A DNA stretch of 64,000 nucleotides, from positions 2,519,721-2,583,720 of the forward strand of contig CM120648.1 of assembly GCA_051362555.1 (NCBI GenBank), given 5' to 3'. This DNA comes from Lingula anatina (Eukaryota; Animalia; Brachiopoda). Shown piece by piece: positions 10,529 to 23,506 of the stretch (positions are counted from its first letter, which is position 1; the number at the start of each line of letters is the position of its first letter). A program made the translations under genes and the position numbers. The notes below the pieces were generated by a model that did no database searches, was not told the origin of the DNA, and was given only the letters and a program-made list of their open reading frames with translations.

Positions 10529-13500
10529 GATAAAGTATAAAGTCGATCATAAGGTCACACTAAGGTCTGGGAAGTTACTTTAGGTCTCATTTAAGTCTTA
10601 AGGTCTCGTTTAAATGCTTTCCAACTCCCTTAGTCTACATGGGCTAGCTACTCTTTTTCCTCAAACTTCTATACACACGTTTTCCGCGCCAAACTTCAAT
10701 CTAACGGAGTTTGATTTAAATAAACCGCGGCAACCACTGGTCTATGAGATGTCACGTGTCCTTGTACGTAACCATGGTAACCAATTGAAGGTTTGTGATT
10801 GGCCCAAAGTTTAGCCAAACAAGGCACTGACGGCAAGAGTGAGGTAAATCTGCATAGTACCGCTGCCATGTTGTTATGCTGTTATGGCCATTAACTGATT
10901 CTTGTTTACTCTTAGTCAGTTCTTGCAATTCTTGTGAAATCGACACAAAAGTTTCGAACCAGTCTTGTATTTATCACCAGCTCTAGGGCCAGTGCTATAG
11001 CTACGTTCAACATCCATTTTGGAAGTGAAGCCCAAGCAGGCACAATACTTCTACCAAAAATGTGTAAAATTCCACGATTCCTCACGATTTTTAAATTTAT
11101 CACTTCTTGGTGGTTCGTGGAATTCGCAGTCGGTGTGGAATAGAGAAAGAGGCTAACACTAGCCCCGGGTAACAAAATACAGCTCTTGGCCATTTTGGTC
11201 AATTTGATTTTCTCACCCGAGGTACAGGAAATGTTTCTTAAAAGTACATTAAATGTCTGTGCCCTCTAAAAAAAGCTTCAATAGCATGCATGGTACGGTA
11301 GAAAGATCTTTATTTTTACCACTTGAGAATAGAATAGAAAGCCACAACTCGAGGCAAGCATCGGGGCAGCCGTAACAAAGGAATATTGACAGACATATGC
11401 TGTGTTCAATCTTAATGCGCTATGCGTACCATGATTCTTTGCCAAGGACATGTTTTTCCCTCAGAAGCACAACAGGTTATTTGCCGTAATGGAATTCATT
11501 TGTAGTGTCGTTTTCTTAGATTTCATTTCAAAGAACAACTAATCAAAGGGAAAGTGAAGTGGTGGCTGTCTGAACTGACAGATTGATCGGACACTTGATA
11601 CGCGTCAGGCGGGGGGTTCGTGTACATGCAATCTTAAATGGGGATATTGAACGGTTGACAAATGAACAGATAATCGGAAACTTGCACACTCATAAAGTCA
11701 AGTCAAAGTGGGGATGAAACAAGCTAGTTAACAGACAGAGGAAAAGACACAAACAACAGGCACGTTTAATTTGGCCACAGTTTGGACTTCATTGTAGGGG
11801 TTTGCCAGTCTGTCCAGATGAGTGTAACTTATTAATGAGGTTGGTCGATCTTAAATGACCTGTTTTGATCACTCTCCACCAGGGGGCGGGCACAACGTCA
11901 CCAGGCCTTATGCACGTGTTACAGTGGGGACCCAAAGAGTGATATTTGACGTTATTTAGGGACAAAGGTTTTTGTAAAAAAGTTTGTCACAGAAAGCTGC
12001 AGATTATTCTACTTTCATAATCATTGCAAGCTTTATTTTACATAAGGAATATTGATTGTCTTTTTTTGTTGTTTTAGTACATGTTCTACAATAACCTTCT
12101 AACTTTCCAAAGGCCTAGTTTACCTTGACAGAATGATATATGTACCTTACAAAATCAAAAACAGAGTCAATTGTTTCTTCCACTGCCACACACAGCTCTT
12201 CACTTTTGTCAAATTTGGCACAGATGTCTTAATAGCCATTTTCTTCTCTGATGTTGGTTATCTACCCGTTATTTTATAAATATGTCTGTGTGTATGTATG
12301 TGCGAGCGCGTGTACATATGTGTGTCTGTGGTTGCATAAACACGTGCATGAATATGCGGGTGCTGGCGAACATATATGCCATCTCAATTTTTTTTAAACA
12401 AAAGAAAAGGCGATTACATTGGTGCCACATATCTGTTCAGGTAGCATCAACACAACCAATCCGATAGAGTCAGAATATAGAAGTCTCACATTCAGGTACC
12501 TTGAGTACCTGAAGCTAATTTCCCTCCGTAATATGTCAGCCTTCTAATTTGATTCCCCAACTTCCCTACCAGCATCAAAGACAACAGGTTCCTCTGAGAT
12601 ATAACGGAGAGAATTCGCTGTTTTTTTTAATCATTTAGACTGGCTTCGCAACCCCATTTCTACCTTTTATCAGTGTTATGTGATGTAATGCCGGCTGTTT
12701 TTTCTTCTTGTAACTTTTTGACTCAGTGTTTCCGAGGGACTTTCATCTTGGCAGCCGTCAGCTGGCATTGTTTCTGCCATTTAAGGATATCGGAACAATC
12801 CAATTGTGTTTCGGATTTTAACACAAACAGGTTGCTACCTGGGACCCATAATTGGATACCTGTCGTGAGACGCTCCCCCGACGGACTCCGTGTTTTGCTC
12901 TTGACGTCATCATTTGGCAACGGACGATATTTTGACTGCGTTTCCTCGAACTGAGGTTTTTTATTACTAAAAAGAATTGGAAATTGAACATCGATCTTTC
13001 CTGCTGTTGTATTTCCTGCTGTTATATTTTTGTATGGAACCTGATGTGTATGGAGAAATACTGTAGAAATACACGTTTTTTTTAATGAGATAGAGATTTC
13101 CTTCGTGTCTCTTTTGTTCACCTCAGAAAAATTACTTACAGTTTGTCCGTGATGGCAAGCACGAAGAGTCTGCCTCAGTGAGATCTGTGACATTTCTCAT
13201 CCTCTTTATTTTAAATTTTTGATTTTCTTCTTGATTTCCATTGCTTTTTGTACATGTGTCTAGGCGCAACGATTGAGATACTAATTTCCATTGATTAATT
13301 TTATAATTCTGGTGACAGAAACTCGAGTGCGAGATAAAATAAAGATTTTAATGAGACGACGTCAGTTACGAATTGATGATAACTCGATTTTTACTTGTGT
13401 TTCTCCAAAGAAAAAAACAACAATATTGTTTGATATCTAAAGTACGAATGCTTCTTCGAAACGTTACTCGCTTTCTGCTTTACTTTTTTTAATTAGCGAC

Positions 13501-15602
13501 AGGAAACTGTTTCAGACCGATAAAGGATCTAATTAAATTTGGTCTGCTAAGAATTCTAACAGGTACTTTGGTTCCCACATGTACTTCGGTTCTTATCTCT
13601 CTGCGGCCGTACGTTTACACTCTGAATGGTGTTCTCAAGCTTTCTCTTAGGGACTCCTTGTTATGCCGATGTCTGGTGTTTGCTCGACATGTTACGTTCA
13701 CTGATAAGAAAACAGTCCCAAGTTCCTTGGTTTCTTCCAGATTTAGCTCTGATTTTATCAACGATGCAAAGCATTGCCAGTCGAGATCCAAATCAGGGGA
13801 CATCCCCAAAGCGTTATTTTTTGAAGTATAATCACAGACTGTCATGTTTTTTAACTAGATACAGTATCATAACCCCGCCAAGGTAAGATGCAAGCCAACT
13901 GATAACATTTTAAGTTTGGTGCCAATCATTGCCGCGGAATATCCAATAAAAAAAATAAAAACGGAAACCGGGCTCGCTTTCAATTCTTACCGACGTCAAA
14001 CGTCAAGTTTACGCTTCGTTTTCACGGCAAACACGTCAGAATATTTTACCCATGTTTCTGTGTTGCGTTGGCATGTACATGTAGATTTTTTAGATTTTAT
14101 TTTATCTGTTGTTAAATGCGACCAAACACCCGAAATTCCGCGCGCTTTACTTGAAAACCTTTTAACACTCAATCAATAACCTTTTGTAAAGACTACCATT
14201 GATCAGTCTAAATCACGTTAATCTGCTGTTTCCCTACGAGATGATTTTTGTATGAATAGAATCGTATAGGTCGTCGTTAGAACTGTTACGCGTTGCCTGC
14301 TTCGAATGAGAAGACGTCAATTATATCACTACAAGTCTCCAGTTGTTCTCGGCGCGAAAAGTCTCTTACATGTACTCTCCCGGGTGACCGATGATATGTG
14401 TATAGGCTGTACCCTAGAGATATGCTTCTGGTACCTTCAAAACGACCGAGACATGCTTCGGGAAATTAATGTCCAACTATGATTTCACTTGGTTGATTAG
14501 ATCAAGACACACCGGAAACACACCATGTAATTTTAGTCTGGTTCAGATGAACGTAGGTGGCGGTAGTGTTGACTTTAACCTGCTACCTTACTTCCATGTC
14601 CATCTTTGACGCAAAGCAGTGCTGCGCCCCATTATTAACGCTCAGACGCACTTGGGGGTTAAGATCTCTTCTTAATGGGCCGACGGTCTGCCCTAACGAT
14701 ACATATGTATGTGACTGGCATCCGGCGCGAGATTCTGTCTTTAAAAATCCTTTATGCACCCGACTTTTAAAAAAGGCTGAATAAAACTGACGTTTATCAT
14801 ATTTTCCCTTGTTCTCTATCATGCAGAGATCCACGTATGGAAGAACAGAATATTGGATAATGTGAGTGATCAAACGCAATTATTGATCACTCACATTTTG
14901 CAAGGTGCCGTAGACAGCATGGGGTGGCAAATGCAAACTCAGATTACACAATACCTCAGTAGGACGGATGACATTTAAATACACTTTGCTCCGCAGGTAC
15001 CCACATTCCTGCAGCTCAGTCAAAACTGGCTTTTATCGCAAAAATAGGAAAAAATCCACTTTAGCGTTTGGTCGGAACGAAATGTAAATACAATTAACTA
15101 CTAGTAGTATTCTGTAGGAGTGCAGTTTTTGAACGATTCAGGAAAACGATTCATGGAGTACCCCCAATTTTTTTATATTTTTTACTCATATGGTGAGAAG
15201 ATTTTATCTTATAATTTTCATCAAAATCGCTATTGCAGAAATATGAAATCTGAAATATGAGAGAGCCTCCTTAACCACAATAATTACAATAATAAAAGTA
15301 GACATACACGTACACCTGAAATCAGACATAGCTATCCCCCCCCCCCCCCATCTTCATTCTTCAAGGAGTAACGGCGCTGCCACCATTAAAGCAAATTATA
15401 TTTGCGATGTGTTTCTGAAACATACTGGCGTTGCCTTTTGGGTTTTCAATCGATTGCCGTAAATGCCACGGCAAATACGTAATACACATAAAGTGACATC
15501 TGGCGTTGCCCCCGGAATTATTGCATTACATCATGCTTGCCCCTTGGATCTTATCTCTGTTGTAATGCATTCACTAGTCTCTGTAGGCATAGTCGTGAAT
15601 AA

Positions 15603-15782
15603 GGTCCTGTTCAGAACCATTTGTTCCTCGGACTAACTAGTCCGCGGATCAAATATGGCGCGCACTTGACAATGGGGTTCCTCCTCCCACGCAATTTAAC
15701 CTCGATATGCTCTCAAGAAGGTGGCGCTGTATTTGATCCGCGGACTACTTAGTCCGCTGATTAACTGGTGCTGAACAGGTCC
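15603..15782. mobile_element. Fold-back MITE, family C
   Basis: About 58-bp inverted arms GGTCCTGTTCAG..CTAGTCCGCGGATCAAATATGGCGC / GCGCTGTATTTGATCCGCGGACTA..CTGAACAGGTCC; flanks TAA/TTA. Confidence 0.82.
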
Positions 15783-16817
15783 TTAGAGCTTTCCCGGTTA
15801 ATCAAAGCAGATAGAACAGAAACAAAATAAATGAATTAATTTATAAATAAAGAAATATTATGACAGAAAACCAAAGCTAAACATTCTTTTTGACAAGAAC
15901 CTTTAAGGGAATACGCTTGCAAACACAAGGACTAGTAAAACAAGTACAAATTGTTTTCCAATATTCAGATAAAATGAAAACTTGACCTTAACGACAAGCC
16001 TCGAGTACACTGCTGAACGATTTCTTGCGCGTTTCTCCTTAAAAGGTTCAACTGAATGAACAGCTGTGTAACTCCTCGGGTCGATCGATGGTTACCGTAA
16101 AATCTAGGGTAATGATATTTATTAAACCTTTATTTCAAAGCAGCTTGACTGACCTATAAACAAACCAAAGCTGAGCGGATTCCAGGCATTGCATGGAAAT
16201 CATGATTAAGACGTCCATTTTCTCCCATCCTCTGTGGTTTGTGTTATATATTAGATTGGCGTGACGCAAGCTTGTCGCTCTCTGAAACTTCCAACCAGCT
16301 GATACTCTTCAAATTTTTCAAATATATATATATATATAAAACCAACTGCTGAGATGTGCGTTCAAAAGCCGGATTTTGGTTAACCAGAAACGCAGCAACA
16401 CGCGCGAATTGACGCCATTGGGCAATCAGCGAGATATGTAACATTTCCTGTGATCTCCCTGGCATCTCTGCTTGTGCAACCCATATCTTCGTCGTCACTC
16501 GAACTACACGGCAATATTACAGGTAGTCATTAAGCTGACCACGAAAATGCCATTAATTATGTCCATTAAGATTGTACTACAGTATATGTGAATGGAAATG
16601 AATCAATTGGATCTCACTTTCCAAATACGTGCTGTTATGATACTAAACTTGGGTAATTATACCTGTAATTAAGGTGAACTGTGTGTGTGTTCAAAGCTGC
16701 ATATTTAAGTCACCTTTAACATTGATTGTGCCTATATGGTAGATTTTTCAAGATAATGAAGCTTATTAAGTTCCTGTCTGAATATGCTTTGTATTGATGT
16801 ACTGAGTTCACATTTAA

Positions 16818-16925
16818 GACCTCATTCCCACAGACACTATCGATCTATGTGGATTGACCCATATCAGTAGGGACTCTCGCTGAGTGCAGCCAGCTTAAAT
16901 GAATGACACAAGTTACTGGGGCGTT
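16818..16925 (+). mobile_element. Solo arm of MITE subfamily A2
   Basis: TAA|GACCTCATTCCCACAGA..ATCGATCTATGTGGATTGACCC..GACTCTCGCTGAGTGCAGCCAGCTTAA; no partner arm seen. Confidence 0.7.
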
Positions 16926-17342
16926 GTCACCAGCTCTGCCTTCGCAACATTTGGGTACTTTAAAAGTGTTAGAAGTGGCGGGAGTAGTACTGGTATAATT
17001 CTGATGTTGACATTTTAGAAAGGGCTGATGTGTATTTTAATGCTTAAAAGCATTGAGGCAGTGAATTCGTTTACAAAAGCAGCTGCTAGGGGCAGACCAG
17101 GTCTCTCTTTGGAGAACTCTCACATTTCAGTAGAGACGGAAATCATCCAAAAATGGTCATTTTAACGGTGAAGTTATAATCTTTTGCAGTTCAAGCACAT
17201 AAAAAATGGAAATATATTCACAATGAAGACTTGTGCCCTCACCAGCAAAGTGTCGAAATTGCTTATTCATTTTGGACCTTAGTTTTTCTTTGGTTATTTA
17301 TTTATGTAGTCTAAGAAAAAATGGTTTGACCCCGGACTAATT

Positions 17343-17344
<2 letters not shown>

Positions 17345-17395
<51 letters not shown>
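17345..17395 (+). repeat. Poly(A) tract, ~50 nt
   Basis: Direct reading. Confidence 0.95.
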
Positions 17396-17397
<2 letters not shown>

Positions 17398-17589
17398 AGG
17401 TATATTTTTTTAGTCCTTGGGTAGGCCATATGATCATACTAAAATCTAGGAAAATCCAAGCAACATTAAAAGCATATTACTGTGTTTTGGTAATCGGTAC
17501 ATCCATTGTAATGCTGATATCATTTGTACGTGTTAGGTATCAACAATCTGAGGGGCGTCGTTAGTAGTCCCAAGGGATTGAAAATACAG

Positions 17590-17640
17590 ATATTATATTA
17601 TATTATATTATATTATATTATATTATATTATATTATATTA
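17590..17640 (+). repeat. (TATTA)n microsatellite
   Basis: Direct reading. Confidence 0.95.
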
Positions 17641-19239
17641 ACATGTACAGCCTATCCCAACCATGGTCACAGGAAGAGTTTTATTTTCACTAGATATTCA
17701 TTGATTTATTTTATCCAGCTATTCACAAGCTGTATAAATTTCCGTGCGGCGAGAATTTTAAGACCAATAAGAAAAAAAGAGAAAGGATCGCCATTACCTA
17801 ACTGATCTCTGATAGAGAGCATGCACAGTTTGTACCTTCCATTTTCTTCTTCTTGCATTGAAACCCTGTTGTGTACCCAATCCATGTGGTCTAAAAGTTT
17901 AATTTTCCAGGGGCGAAAACACACAAATTAAGGGAATGACAAATTTGGGTCATCCAAAATACACATATACATGTAGTCCAAAGTCTCATTTTTTTTAGAG
18001 AAAAATCAAGCTTCATTTGCGGACATTGGAGTAAGGTGGAGGCAGAATTAATGGAGGTAGCAAGTGCGGTGCGGCAACGTGACAGAGAGCCCCCCATGCC
18101 ACCCTCCACCCCCCCACCCACCCACCCATGATAGAGGGTCCGGTTCCCATTAATGTGCACGGGTAAGCCAGTCCTAGATTTTGACCCAGTTACAGGCCTG
18201 TATAATTGAATGGAGGGTGGACTGTCTTTTACACGGACTCTCAGACTCGTCACACTGGCGCATTAAGTTGTGGATAAAAAGTCAACCCCACCTCAGCATT
18301 TTTAGAAGTCGGTATTTCTAAACGCGGTTTATCCGCATTTCCTGGCATTGTGGACCACAGGAGGGTGGGCTATATATATATTGGAAAGCACGTGTGGTAC
18401 AATTAAACTGTTGGTTTTTCACTTTCATGATGATCTACGGTAGGCGTCATCATAGCTATTCTCTCAACGTCCTTGTGTATACTGTGAAATATTCAGAAGT
18501 CAATTGTAAAATTACCACCTTTTAAATGTGTATTCTTAACAGTTTACCACAAATTCACGTCACGATGTATTAAATTATTATAGTCTCAGAGAAAAGAAGA
18601 CCAATAATCTCATGTATCTTAGGTGCCTAACAGCTTCGACACCACTGGGAAAAAATTCACTTCAGCATAGTTCGTGTTTATTACTGCTTGACGCCAATGA
18701 TTTGAAATTGTAAGTTGCATGTAAGATTAGAACTACTGCTGCAACAGATAATGTCACAGCCAAACGCAGCAAGATTGGGAATCCTAAAAGGTTTTCTTTG
18801 CAAAGTTGTGATTTACCCTGCTGCTTTTGAATTACATTGCTCCGACAAAATATTTATCATTTCGCTTCCACAAAGTGCGAATAGGATATAGGCCTACACG
18901 GGTTTTCAGGACAGGGAATTATTTTGATAACTTGTAAACTATCGCTCTACAAAATTTAGCAAATGAAAGTGGACAAGATACTTCGGTGAACTGACCCATG
19001 TGAAATCAATTCTGCGGATTATGTACAAACAATACCAATAATTGCCGGCATGCTGGATGTGTGTTCTTCCGTCCTGAAACCGACGGAGTCCACAATCCAC
19101 AATCCCACGATGCGTATTAAGAATGTCTCATACGTGCTGTATACAAACCTCAATTCAATCTCAGTGTGTTTCACTTAAAACAAGTATATTTCACCAGAAA
19201 AATATAAGACATATAAATAAAATGATATTACGAACTTAC

Positions 19240-19642
19240 ACATAATGTCTCCAAAATACCATGCCTCGTATGCGTAAAACTCCACCAATGCCGTCGGCAT
19301 ACAGACCAGCATGACTAGGAGATCCGAGACGCTGAGGTTCAGTATAAACAAGTCTGTGCTCTTTCTCATATTTTTGTCCTGAGATATAACCGCTATTATA
19401 AAGATGTTCCCGAGTACGCCCGCCAAAAAGATCACTCCGAAGAGGATCGAAACCCAGATAAATATATACAGCGGAATGGCCACGTCACCGGTGCCGTTCA
19501 CAGAAATTTTACCTGAAGAATTGTTGACAAAGTTAGTGAAGTAGAAACAGCTGGTGGCGGACGCGGTGGCCGTCTCCTGTCCCGTGTCGTTCGTGCAGTT
19601 TTCGAACTCCACCAAGCCGTTAAAGGAGGTATTAAAGAGCAT
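19240..19642 (-). CDS. ETHR-like class A peptide GPCR, paralog 1, coding exon 1 (N-terminus, TM1, TM2, ECL1)
   Basis: ATG at 19642 in GCC-ATG context. Six N-glycosylation sequons (NTS, NCT, NDT, NNS, NSS, NGT). TM1 GVLGN, TM2 LNLSVSDLL..CMP, ECL1 WYFG. Ends ATG-T|GTAAGT (donor GT at 19239-19238); 403 nt = 134 codons + 1 nt (phase 1). Confidence 0.95.
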
Positions 19643-20420
19643 GGCGTTGCAGTGTCACAGCCAAGGTACCGAGAGGTATGGAACCGAAAGTCAATAAACC
19701 CAGTCAGACTACGACCTCATTCCTGCCGTGTTTTACGGCCACAGTATGCGACGACATGTTGTCTTGTCCACCTGAGTGGGATACTAACGCTCAGCTGTCG
19801 GTCAAACACATCTAATCGACTTCCTATCAACTAAAGAGTAAATAACTAAGTCCACGGCGTCGCCAAGTCACGGAGCTTTGATGTCACGGCGTACTTAAGT
19901 TTACCCGTTCTTCGCCTTGGCTGGCTTTGATTCCATGAGCGTTCCTCGGAAAACTGAACCAAACAGGCAGGCGGTCTGGAAGTGGAAGTGACAGACGATC
20001 GAGAGATGAGCGCGTGCTGTAGTCCCGCGTGCCACCTGACAATAATTATCGATTGGCTGATGCGCAGATGATCCTTCGGCGGTGAGCACTCATTGTGTCT
20101 GTGGTATTGGAGAAAAATCAAACGAGCACATACAATATAGCTCCACTTCTTTATTATTAAAACAACTGCTACTTTTATTGATTCTAACAAATTGAATAAT
20201 AACACGAAATTACCAAGAAAGTAAACGTACCGGGTTATAAACACCAATAAAGAAAATGAAAAAGCTACAAAGTTAGCTTTCCGGAGAGTAAAATCCATTA
20301 CGCTGAGCCAGGGGGGTGAAACCTCGGCCACGGGGGTTGACGAGTGGGCGGGAAAAACAGGGCAGACGATAGCGTGTTCGGATGAAATTCAAAGAGCAAA
20401 CATCTGGATACAAATCATGG
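19643..20420 (-). promoter_or_regulatory. Candidate 5' UTR/promoter of GPCR paralog 1
   Basis: CpG-richer stretch directly upstream of the ATG, with CCAAT on the minus strand near 20052 and GC-box-like GGGCGG near 20346. Confidence 0.35.
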
Positions 20421-20662
20421 AATTGCGTTTCCGACTGCAGGTGGCCTCGGGATTGGGTAAATCAGTTTTGAAAAAAAATCTACATGTATATCAGATACTG
20501 TTGTGTCTAGACATTCTTAATACGCATCGTGGGATCTGCAGATAGGAGGAATTATAATTGCACATTTGTTTCAAAAGAAGACCTCACAGCTATTGGTTTA
20601 TATACAATACCAGTTCTAAGGTGTGCTACAGCGCTCTATGATGTAATGATCATGCAGATGAA

Positions 20663-20665
<3 letters not shown>

Positions 20666-20738
<73 letters not shown>
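20666..20738 (+). repeat. (TA)n microsatellite
   Basis: Direct reading; one CA interruption. Confidence 0.95.
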
Positions 20739-20741
<3 letters not shown>

Positions 20742-21789
20742 CTTTCTTCATATTTTTCCTCTGTAAGGAAAAAGTAAAAAAGTAAGAATCCGGATTTTAT
20801 TTTCTCCAAAGAAAAAGTTCCTGGAAAATGCGTTTATATTTCATATATTTTATTAATTTTTCGAGATATGAGTCTTTTGAACAGTTTCCGGTTTCTATTC
20901 CACACGCTTTGGTGGCGTTCCTGGAGGACAGCTAGGACAGCCAATTAATTCTTTTTTAATATTCTTCACAAGGTTCTTAGATTAAAATGCCCACGGTAAA
21001 AACTATTCACTCAATAATATGTTACGTGGCCCCATCTTTTGTCTCTCATCTTGCTGTAACGAAACGCCTCCAAAATGATTGACTGAGCAAATAGGTTGGA
21101 CTGCTCAGGTTCAAGTTGGGTAATCAGAATGACCTTTGAGATTACGGTTGAAATGACCTCATATTCTCAGGCAATCTCGCGAGACCTAAGTGAACAACAT
21201 GGTGATCAAAAGAGGCGCGTGTGGTTCACATGATAAATTACGACCTGTCGACCAGTCCTTAAAGTGATACTAAAAATATTTTCTCCAAAAATAATTGTTA
21301 AGAAAGACAGAATGGTTTCATGACGTCAATAATCTTTCGTTTTTGATGTATTGTGAAGATATCATACTGGGACCTGTACGTTAATTGTTTCTGAGTCTCT
21401 AGCATCATGCAGTTAGGGACGATTGTGCAATTTAGCTCTGCAAATTGAAGACGAAAGATGCGGTTTCCATATATGCTAACCGCTTCTGCAATCTCCATTA
21501 TCTCAAAGAGGTGTTTTAGTCTAAATATCTGTTACTAAAATTATCACTTTCCATTATTGCCTAACCTTCCATTTATGACATGAATACAGTATCTCTCTCG
21601 GCATTGAGCGAATGTTTAAATTGACAAAGTTATCTCCATCGGCTCATGTTTTTTTCCTGAAAAATGCAATTAAATTCGGGCTTATTGCATTTTGCAATAT
21701 TGAACGTTCGCCTTACAGCGAACAACAGAGACAAAGACATATTTTCATGATTACGGTTCCATTTATTACCCACCGGTGCCTTCCCTTCC

Positions 21790-21857
21790 CCCTCTCTCTC
21801 TCTCTCACTTCATGTCCCTTTTCACTCTCTCTCTCTCCTCTTTCTCTGTCTCCTCTT

Positions 21858-21897
<40 letters not shown>

Positions 21898-22028
21898 TCA
21901 TGTCCCTTTTCACTCTCTCTCTCTCCTCTTTCTCTCTCTCCTCTTTCTCTCTCTCTCTCTCCCCCCACTCTCTCTCTCACTTCATGTCCCTTTTCAGTCT
22001 TTCTCTCCTCTTTCTCTCTCTCTCTCTC
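21790..22028 (+). repeat. Compound (CT)n tract with three higher-order units
   Basis: CACTTCATGTCCCTTTTCA recurs at ~21806, ~21894 and ~21978, separated by CT runs. Confidence 0.9.
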
Positions 22029-22324
22029 AAAGTGGCGAAGTTGGCAGAGACATTTAATCAGTTGATATTTGAACAGTTAAACTCGGCGCCAACCTTTTTA
22101 AAACCAGGTGGAATTTAACAAACGCCTTCAAAATCGAGACTTGATTGGACACGAACAGTAATTTTCTTTACCTGAAAACACCTAATGCCCACACTCTCTC
22201 ACAGGGCTATGCCAATAGGTGGTATGTTTTAATTTGAAGTTGTCAGTCAACTGTTTTCTTTAGTTCTTTTGGCAGTTTTTGTCCACTCTAATTCTAAAGA
22301 TTTTATCATTTTGTCTTATGTTAA

Positions 22325-22659
22325 AGGGATAATAACTCTTCGTATGAAATTTATATTTCACAATAAAAACATTGTGAACAACTCATAGAAATATAATATA
22401 TTCTGTTGTACCACAAAAATGGCAGTTATAGCTATTATTCTAATATCTGAGCTTGTCTTTAGACCACGTGACCTCCATTGATGGCTATACACTGTTATAA
22501 TCTCTTAAGAGATTATAACAGAAAAACAAACTTTTTAGAAAAAAAAACAGGGACCAACTTTGAATGTAAAAATGTATTCATTTACCATTGGTTAGTATGG
22601 AAAAATTGTTGTTTACTCCAGGAAAATTAATTTTTTGACCAAAATGAAGAGTTATCCCT
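22325..22659 (+). mobile_element. Kolobok-like non-autonomous DNA transposon (335 bp)
   Basis: TTAA|AGGGATAATAACTCTTC...GAAGAGTTATCCCT|TTAA; TTAA TSD with AGG..CCT ends; reverse-complement copy at 62900-63230. Confidence 0.87.
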
Positions 22660-23253
22660 TTAAAACTGTGGTTCCTATATAATTTCTGTTAATACATTAT
22701 GTCCTCGATACATGAGATCAGAGAGGATTTTAAGTTTTTTTAGTTCTTTTTTAAAGTAAAACAGATAATACCCCTGTTACATAAAATATCGATACGTATT
22801 TGCTAACATGACAAAAAACAAATAAATGAACTGATAAACAAATAAATAGTGAAATAAAGAAAGAATGAAATTCCTCTTTTCTTTCAATATGACTCTTTAT
22901 TATTCATGATGATTTCATTTGCCAAAAGACCCCTGGCTTCGTAAGTCTCTTTTTAGAGTGTTTTTGCCATCATTACTGAAACGTTTGCCAAGCTGTACAA
23001 ATGAATTTCCATTGTGGGTTACATAATTGGCCACGGTAGCTTAGAAATTTGGCACTCGAGCTTCATAATTAACAGGGACGTAATGCCACTGGGTTTTGTT
23101 AGAAGCCAAACCTTCCCGCGGCAGGGAAGCCCATACATGTGAACTAAATGTAAGATGATACAGGTATTTTGTTGAGATAGCTAAGATATAGTTCTTATTT
23201 ACCGAGCGTATATATTTATATATCGAAACAAACCAATCAGCAGAGAGGGTTAA

Positions 23254-23506
23254 CCGTTAGCAAAATGAAACGATTTTCAGCATATTTGCAGATTTGCAAA
23301 TTTGCTGCAAATTTAACAACTTGCAAGAAACTGTTTGCAGGTTGTTGCAAAAAAATTGCAAGAGAATATATATAAAAACACTGCGGCAAGTTTGAAAGAA
23401 GTTCTTATATTCTTTCAAATTTTAACATTACTTCATTTGTATAGTAAAACTTCTTGCAAATTTTGCGACCGTATGTTTTGTGAGAAGCCTAAGATTTTGC
23501 TTAGGG
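23254..23506. mobile_element. TTGCA-rich non-autonomous element with CC..GGG ends (EnSpm/CMC-like)
   Basis: AA|CCGTTAGCAAAAT...ATTTTGCTTAGGG|AA (2-bp TSD AA); many internal TTTGCA/TGCAAA motifs. Confidence 0.62.

Larger units (their letters stand above)
7641..19239 (-). other. Phase-1 GT-AG intron of GPCR paralog 1 (11,599 nt)
   Basis: GTAAGT donor and pyrimidine-rich CAG acceptor; the join is in frame with no missing transmembrane segment. Confidence 0.9.

Noticed and set aside
15010-15274. Possible Kolobok-type right end (GCCTCC|TTAA); similar lone ends at ~18200, ~30314 and ~41112
   Set aside because: No matching left end or second copy in the window, so boundaries cannot be supported.
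19846-20331. 161-aa minus-strand ORF upstream of paralog 1
   Set aside because: GTG start, no recognisable domain and AT-rich hydrophobic bias; at most a uORF, with no support from sequence.
21612-22118. 168-aa Leu/Ser-rich ORF
   Set aside because: Translation of the CT microsatellite.
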